Shown here one piece after another: positions 58,953 to 64,000 of a stretch of DNA of 64,000 nucleotides. Position numbers and translations under genes: made by a program. Below the pieces are notes generated by a model. That model did no database searches, was not told the origin of the DNA, and saw nothing but the letters and a program-made list of their open reading frames with translations. Positions within the stretch are counted from its first letter, which is position 1. Each line of letters starts with the position of its first letter. The stretch is from a bacterium (GTDB lineage: Bacteria; Actinomycetota; Coriobacteriia; Coriobacteriales; CADBOM01), in assembly GCA_024698685.1 (NCBI GenBank), contig JAILQZ010000079.1:355-64354 (forward strand), read 5' to 3'.

Positions 58953-60479
58953 TTATCCAAGATTCTTGGTTTCTTCACGCATATGGGGGAATAGGAGGAC
59001 ATCCCTGATCGAAGGCGAGTCGGTGAGCAGCATGACGAGCCTGTCGATGCCGATTCCGATTCCGCCTGCAGGGGGCATTCCGTACTCGAGGGCGCGGATG
59101 TAGTCCTCATCGTAGCCCATGGCCTCCTCGTCGCCTGCCGCCTTGGCCTCAACCTGCTTGATGAACCTTTCACGCTGATCGACCGGGTCGTTCAGCTCCG
59201 AGAACGCGTTCGCGTACTCGTGCCCGCAGATGACGAGCTCGAAGCGATCGGTGATGTTGGGATTCTCGGCGTTCTTCTTCGCAAGCGGGGAGGTCTCCAG
59301 CGGGAACTGGGTGACGAAAGTGGGCTGGATGAGAGAGCCTTCGACCAGCTCATCGTAGAGCTCGGTGATGAGCTTGCCCTTTCCCCATTGGCTCTCGATT
59401 TCTATGTCGTACTTGTCGCAGAGCTTGCGCAGCTCCTCGATGTCCATGTCGAATCCGACTTCGACGCCGACCTTCTCGGAGACGAGGTCGCACATCGGCC
59501 TCTGCGCCCAGTCGCCGCTGAAGTCGATCTGCACGCCCTGGTATTCGACCTGAAGCGTGGGATTGGAAGCTAGGCAGGCCGCCTTGATGACCTTCTGGGC
59601 GAGGTCGATCATCCCATTGAAGTCGGTGTATGCCTGATAGGCCTCCATCATCGTGAACTCGGGGTTGTGCTGCGGGTCCATGCCCTCGTTGCGGAACGAC
59701 CTATTGACCTCGAATACCCTCTCGAAGCCGCCGACCAGAAGCCTCTTGAGGTAGAGCTCCGGGGCGATTCGCAGGTAGAAGTCGCGGTCGAGCGCGTTGT
59801 GATGGGTAACGAACGGCCTTGCCGCCGCTCCGCCCGGGATCGGATGGAGCATCGGGGTCTCGACCTCCACGAAGCCGAGGTCCTCCATGGTGCGCCTGAT
59901 GGCGGAGATGATCTTGAACCTTGCCTCGAAGCACTCCTTGACCTCTGGATTGGCCACCAAATCGACATAGCGCTGCCTGTATCTGGTTTCCTTGTCGGTG
60001 AGGCCGTGGAACTTCTCAGGAAGCGGGCGCAGCGACTTGGTGAGCAGCTTGATCTGGCTCGGGACGATCGAGAGCTCTCCGCGTCGGGTGCGGCAAACGT
60101 GGCCGACAACGCCGATCCAGTCGCCCACGTCGAGCTCCTTGACGTCCGCGAAGGCCTCCTCGCCCATGAGGTTGAGCCTGCAGAAGAGCTGGATCTCGGC
60201 GGTTGCGTCGCGCAGAACGATGAAGCAGATCTTTCCCTGGTTCCTGATCGCGATGATCCTGCCTGCGACGGTGTAGACATCCTCTGTGTCCTCGCCATCG
60301 GCAAGCTCGGCGTATTTGCCCTTGATGTCGACGAGATGCGCATCGGGCTCCCACAGGTGAGCGTACGCCTCGCGCCCGGCCTCCAAGAGGGCCTCGCGCT
60401 TGTTGTACCTGACCTTTACGGGATCGTCTTCGATGATCTCCTCGTTGCCAACATTGATGTCGACGGGCTTTTCGCTCAT
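58953..60479 (-). CDS. lysS: lysine--tRNA ligase (class II)
   Basis: OB anticodon-binding domain plus class II motifs (FRNEG, GIGIGIDRLVMLLT). ATG 60479 is preceded by AGGAGAGG; the track ORF has 15 extra codons. Confidence 0.95.
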   Translation of the reverse strand: MSEKPVDINVGNEEIIEDDPVKVRYNKREALLEAGREAYAHLWEPDAHLVDIKGKYAELADGEDTEDVYTVAGRIIAIRNQGKICFIVLRDATAEIQLFCRLNLMGEEAFADVKELDVGDWIGVVGHVCRTRRGELSIVPSQIKLLTKSLRPLPEKFHGLTDKETRYRQRYVDLVANPEVKECFEARFKIISAIRRTMEDLGFVEVETPMLHPIPGGAAARPFVTHHNALDRDFYLRIAPELYLKRLLVGGFERVFEVNRSFRNEGMDPQHNPEFTMMEAYQAYTDFNGMIDLAQKVIKAACLASNPTLQVEYQGVQIDFSGDWAQRPMCDLVSEKVGVEVGFDMDIEELRKLCDKYDIEIESQWGKGKLITELYDELVEGSLIQPTFVTQFPLETSPLAKKNAENPNITDRFELVICGHEYANAFSELNDPVDQRERFIKQVEAKAAGDEEAMGYDEDYIRALEYGMPPAGGIGIGIDRLVMLLTDSPSIRDVLLFPHMREETKNLG

Positions 60480-60582
60480 TTGACCTCTCCTATTTTGCGC
60501 GTTCTGCAGCCACGCATTGAGCACTTTTAGATACAGCTACGGCATACAGCTATAGAAGCGGCATGCCGTATGGTAGATCTGG

Positions 60583-61053
60583 CTATTTGCTGATCTTGAT
60601 GATCTTGAAGGTGTTCCTCTTGCCAGTGGGTCCGACAACCTCGACCTCGTCGCCCTTCTTCTTGCCGATCAGAGCCGATCCGACCGGGGACTCGTTCGAA
60701 ATCTTGCCCTCGAGGGAATTGGCCTCGGCTGCGCCGACGATGGAGAGGGTCTTCTCCTCGACGCCGTTGATGAGAACCTCGACGTTGAGGCCGACGGAAA
60801 CCTTGCTGGAGCTCCTCGGGGTGCTGATGATCTGGGCATTAGCAAGGATCTGGTTGATCTCTGCGATCCTGCTCTCCATCTGGGCCTGCTCGTTCTTGGC
60901 ATCGTCGTACTCGGAGTTCTCGGAGATGTCTCCGAACTCCCTAGCCACGCGGATGCGCTCGCCGATCTCGGCGCGCTTCTCGGTCTCCAGATAATGGAGC
61001 TCCTCAAGCAGCTTGTCGCGACCTTCAGATGTAAGAACTACCTCGTTTGCCAT
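60583..61053 (-). CDS. greA: transcription elongation factor GreA
   Basis: LTSEGRDKLLEELHYLE...AREFGDISENSEYDDAKNEQ. Confidence 0.95.
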   Translation of the reverse strand: MANEVVLTSEGRDKLLEELHYLETEKRAEIGERIRVAREFGDISENSEYDDAKNEQAQMESRIAEINQILANAQIISTPRSSSKVSVGLNVEVLINGVEEKTLSIVGAAEANSLEGKISNESPVGSALIGKKKGDEVEVVGPTGKRNTFKIIKISK

Positions 61054-61195
61054 ACTTTGAAATCCCTCCTGCTATGAAAACTGCGTTTGCAATGATTGCT
61101 TGTTCAGCGCGCGGCGACGCGCCATCCAATGAAAAGCGGCATGCGCATCGAAAGCCTGTTGCACACGCCGCACGAAATGCATGCTCGAACGACGG

Positions 61196-61381
61196 TCAGT
61201 CGATGCTCTTGCCCTCGTCCTCGCCTTCCTTGCCCTTGCCATCGATGCCGTCGCGAACGTTCTTGACGGTCTTGCCCAGCGCTGCGCCGAGCTTTGGAAG
61301 GTTCTTGGGGCCGAATATGATCAGAGCCACGATGAGGATGACTATTAGCTCTGGCAGGCCGATTCTAGGCATATTCATCAC
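61196..61381 (-). CDS. tatA: twin-arginine translocase subunit TatA/E
   Basis: [38 protein letters not shown]. The start may be the 4th codon (ATG 61372). Confidence 0.9.
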   Translation of the reverse strand: MMNMPRIGLPELIVILIVALIIFGPKNLPKLGAALGKTVKNVRDGIDGKGKEGEDEGKSID

Positions 61382-61524
61382 CTCTAAAGCGAGATTTGTA
61401 TATACGCAGCCGATGATACCACGAAAGGGACATTCATATAAAGTGCCGCGCCCCGAAGCGATGCCATCTCAACGGCAAACGACATAGCCTCGAAAGACGA
61501 TGCGAATGCGAGTCTAATACGGGC

Positions 61525-62349
61525 CTATTTGGCGCGATTGCCGGGTATCGCAACGCCTATGGCAGGGTGCGGTCTCGAGAGTCCGGCTTCGCGGATGGTC
61601 GCGTCGATCGCGCTGTTTACCTCGCGCTTCTTGCCAGCGGCGATTCGCGGGTTGCACGTGAACGTGAAGCGATGGAGCGCACCCGTGGGCTCGAAGGACT
61701 CGATGCCCGCGTAGGAGACGTTCTCGACTCCTTCGATCTTAGAGATGTTGGAGACGCAGAGCTCGAGCGCGTCGAGCTGCTCCGCGCTGTCCTCGTTATT
61801 GGGAAGCAGCACGTCGGCATAGCATCCGTTTCCGACCAGCTCGGCCTCGGTGATCAGCCTGTTGGAGATACTGCGGGTGCCACCGGTGGCCAGGTTCTTA
61901 AGTTTGACGGTTTGCGCGGTCATCTCGTCGACTAGATAGACGCCATCGCCGTACTTGATTACGTCTCCGACGCGGAAGAAGCGGTCGGTGACGATGTGCA
62001 GGCCCATGATCAGATTGCCGATCGCGTCGTTGAGAGCAAGGCCGACGACGATTCCGACGACTCCTACTCCAGCGATCAGCGCCGAGACGTTCACGCCATG
62101 GAATTGGAGCACGAGTATGATGACGAGAATGATCACCACGTACTTCGAGATCGAGAAGAGGCTCTTGGCGATGCGCTGCCTCCCCTCCTCCGCCGCCGCG
62201 AAGCCGCTGCTCCTGAAGCGCTTGAGCAGCTTGTTCATGACGATGAGGACTATGATGCCGACAACCACCACCAGCACCGAGAGGATGAATCCCGAAGAGG
62301 TGATGTAGTCGATGATGCTGCTGAATACGTTGTTGGAGGTTCCGGTCAT
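61525..62349 (-). CDS. small-conductance mechanosensitive channel (MscS family)
   Basis: Three N-terminal TM helices, then the MscS beta-domain signature FRVGDVIKYGDGVYLVDEMTAQTVKLKN. Confidence 0.85.
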   Translation of the reverse strand: MTGTSNNVFSSIIDYITSSGFILSVLVVVVGIIVLIVMNKLLKRFRSSGFAAAEEGRQRIAKSLFSISKYVVIILVIILVLQFHGVNVSALIAGVGVVGIVVGLALNDAIGNLIMGLHIVTDRFFRVGDVIKYGDGVYLVDEMTAQTVKLKNLATGGTRSISNRLITEAELVGNGCYADVLLPNNEDSAEQLDALELCVSNISKIEGVENVSYAGIESFEPTGALHRFTFTCNPRIAAGKKREVNSAIDATIREAGLSRPHPAIGVAIPGNRAK

Positions 62350-62382
62350 CTGCGTTTCCTAACGTCTGGCCCGTATCTAAAG

Positions 62383-62408
62383 CAATAGCCGCTATGTTGC
62401 GGCTATTG
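62383..62408 (-). terminator. stem-loop downstream of tRNA-Pro
   Basis: Perfect 10-bp inverted repeat CAATAGCCGC / GCGGCTATTG with a 6-nt loop, followed on the minus strand by CUUUAGAU. Confidence 0.45.
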
Positions 62409-62417
62409 GGAAGGTCA

Positions 62418-62494
62418 TGGTCGGGATGACTGGATTTGAACCAGCGACCTCTGCGTCCCGAACGCAGCGCTCTACCAAGCTGAGCCACATCCCG
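62418..62494 (-). tRNA. tRNA-Pro (anticodon CGG)
   Basis: CGGGATGTGGCTCAGCTTGGTAGAGCGCTGCGTTCGGGACGCAG...GGTTCAAATCC...CATCCCGACCA. Confidence 0.92.
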
Positions 62495-62574
62495 TGAGTA
62501 CACACTTTAGCAAACCATCCCGATATTGTCACAGGATACCTGCTAGTTGCGCAAGTGAGGCTTTGAGCGGAAGC

Positions 62575-63633
62575 CTAGAAGCGCAGGGCGTAGGTGAAGT
62601 GGCTCGTCGCGTTGTGGCGGACGGTGACGCCTGCGCGCTCATCCTCGGCATGGACGTAGGAGTTCCCGCCGAGGGAGATTCCAACGTGGCCACTCGACCA
62701 GAGAACATCGCCCGGGCGCGCCTGGCTCACCGGCACGCGGGATTTGGCGATCGCATAGAGCGCGCTGGAAGAGCGGGCGGGAGCCCCGCAGTAGTAGCAG
62801 AGCCCTGAGCAGTCGAACGAGTTAGGGCCGGCAGTGCCGTACACGTAGGGCTTGCCGACCTGCGCAAGCGCGCGACCGGTATCGCAGGGACCATAGCCGC
62901 CATTGTCGACGATGTCGACGTTGGTGTCGTATTTGTCGCTGCTGCCGCCGTTGCTCGTGTTGACGTATTCGGACTCAGTGGCAGCGGCTATCTGCCTCTG
63001 CATCTCCGCGGAGAGCCCGTCGTAATAGGACTGGGCGGCCTTGGCCTTCTTCTCGAGGTCCTTCTTGGCCTCCTCGGCCTTGGCTAGCTGCTCGGCAGCC
63101 TCCTTCTCGGCCGCGGAATACTCCTCATAGGCTACCTCGAGCTCGGCCTTGAGGTCCTTGATCTCGACAATGAGGTTGGCGTCGCTCTCGTTCATGTCGC
63201 TCATGACATCCCACAGCGTCACGAACTCCTTGAAGGAGTTGCTGCCGAACAGGACGTCGAGCATCGTGACCGAGCCCTCGCGGTACATCGTCTTGGCCCT
63301 GGTTGCAAGGTGCTCCTGCTTGGAGGCGATCTTGGCCTTGGCCTCTTCGATCTTCTTCTGGGTCTCCTCCATCTTCTTCTTGGCGGCATCGTGCTTCTCT
63401 ACCGCGGCATTGTATTCCTCCGCCGCATCCTCGGCCGCCTTGGTCGCCTTGTCGAGCTCGGCCTTGGCGGCATCGACCTCGGCTTGCGAGACGGCATATG
63501 CGCTGCCGACGCCGATGGCGCCGAAGCAGAGGATCAAGGAGATGACGAACGCGGCAACCGCCGCTGGAGTGAGGTGAACGCGCTTAGTATTCAAAACAAC
63601 CTCGATTGAACGATCGAAAACGGATGTTTGCAT
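62575..63633 (-). CDS. CwlO/RipA-like peptidoglycan endopeptidase (coiled coil + NlpC/P60)
   Basis: N-terminal TM/signal anchor, an Ala/Glu/Lys-rich coiled coil of about 200 aa, and a C-terminal NlpC/P60 domain with FDCSGL catalytic Cys and GHVGI...YVHA His residues. Confidence 0.88.
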   Translation of the reverse strand: MQTSVFDRSIEVVLNTKRVHLTPAAVAAFVISLILCFGAIGVGSAYAVSQAEVDAAKAELDKATKAAEDAAEEYNAAVEKHDAAKKKMEETQKKIEEAKAKIASKQEHLATRAKTMYREGSVTMLDVLFGSNSFKEFVTLWDVMSDMNESDANLIVEIKDLKAELEVAYEEYSAAEKEAAEQLAKAEEAKKDLEKKAKAAQSYYDGLSAEMQRQIAAATESEYVNTSNGGSSDKYDTNVDIVDNGGYGPCDTGRALAQVGKPYVYGTAGPNSFDCSGLCYYCGAPARSSSALYAIAKSRVPVSQARPGDVLWSSGHVGISLGGNSYVHAEDERAGVTVRHNATSHFTYALRF

Positions 63634-63807
63634 AGTCTCTCTTCATGGGATTCTAGCACAGTGGCGTGCATAGGTTCGGCGCTTCTCTACGTATGGAGCC
63701 GATTTCCACCAAGTCTCCAAATTGCAGCGGCCTCGGCGGTCGATATAACGGAAGATGGGCCCCTTTCGAGACCCATCTCGTCTTTGAACGGGGTGCAGCA
63801 AGGAAGG

Positions 63808-64000
63808 TTAGAAGCGGAGTGCGCAGCTCCACATGCCCATGTTGTACGCGATCTTGACGACATCGCCGGGCTGGGGGGCGTGGATGTATGCACCGCCGCC
63901 GATGTAGATTCCGACGTGGCCGCTCATCCAAAGGACGTCGCCAGGCTGCGCATTGGCGAGGCTGATGACGGTGCCCGCCGCCCGCTGAGCGCCGGAGGTC
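63808..64000 (-). CDS. C-terminal fragment of a second NlpC/P60 endopeptidase (5' part beyond window)
   Basis: Hand translation gives ...QPGDVLWMSGHVGIYIGGGAYIHAPQPGDVVKIAYNMGMWSCALRF with TAA at 63808-63810. It has the same ...ALRF end as the neighbouring paralog. Confidence 0.8.
   Translation of the reverse strand, partial: TSGAQRAAGTVISLANAQPGDVLWMSGHVGIYIGGGAYIHAPQPGDVVKIAYNMGMWSCALRF

Noticed and set aside
61898-62503. 201-aa minus-strand ORF, and the 51549..51746 plus-strand ORF
   Set aside because: They run through tRNA-Pro and tRNA-Thr(UGU) respectively, or lie out of frame within mscS. The composition is Arg/His-rich noise.

Overview
This window is 64 kb of GC-rich bacterial chromosome with strong GC3 bias. 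It is almost entirely core housekeeping DNA: about 75 genes, nearly all on the minus strand. Reading the minus strand from high to low coordinates, the order is: two CwlO-like NlpC/P60 hydrolases, tRNA-Pro, mscS, tatA, greA, lysS, clpC, ispD-ispF, cysS-rlmB-yacP, tRNA-Thr, a promoter, tRNA-Tyr/Thr/Met-tuf, rpmG, tRNA-Trp, secE-nusG, rplK-rplA, rplJ-rplL, rpoB-rpoC, rpsL-rpsG-fusA, the full S10 and spc ribosomal clusters through secY-adk, a strong terminator, map-leuC-leuD-leuB-cimA-dnaE, an aminotransferase-like gene, a membrane protein, rny, a GHKL ATPase, spoVS, a PHP phosphoesterase and miaB-miaA-hflX. Only a 5'-truncated CDS tail, an alanine/glycine:cation symporter and a DUF308-like membrane protein lie on the plus strand. 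The gene order closely follows the Bacillus lysS...clpC...ispDF...cysS-rlmB-yacP...secE-nusG...rpoBC...S10-spc layout. The proteins, however, carry actinobacterial-style extensions, and rny and spoVS are present. Together this suggests a Coriobacteriia-like lineage, which is an inference only. I saw no mobile elements, CRISPR array, rRNA or defence island, so this is largely an ordinary core region. The items most worth a second look are protein-architecture oddities. The first is a single-chain tandem dUTPase with the herpesvirus-like motif order III/I-II-IV-V. The second is an RpoC C-terminal extension that reads like an RpoA alpha-CTD helix-hairpin-helix domain followed by an acidic tail. 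The third is an orphan GHKL ATPase with a possible HTH in the rny-spoVS locus. The fourth is a Cys4 version of ribosomal protein L24. The fifth is an aminotransferase-like protein lacking the PLP lysine. Two strong intrinsic terminators also sit inside otherwise continuous gene strings (rplW|rplB and adk|map). Start codons were refined by eye from RBS and homology expectations and may be off by a few codons. No database search or folding calculation was possible.
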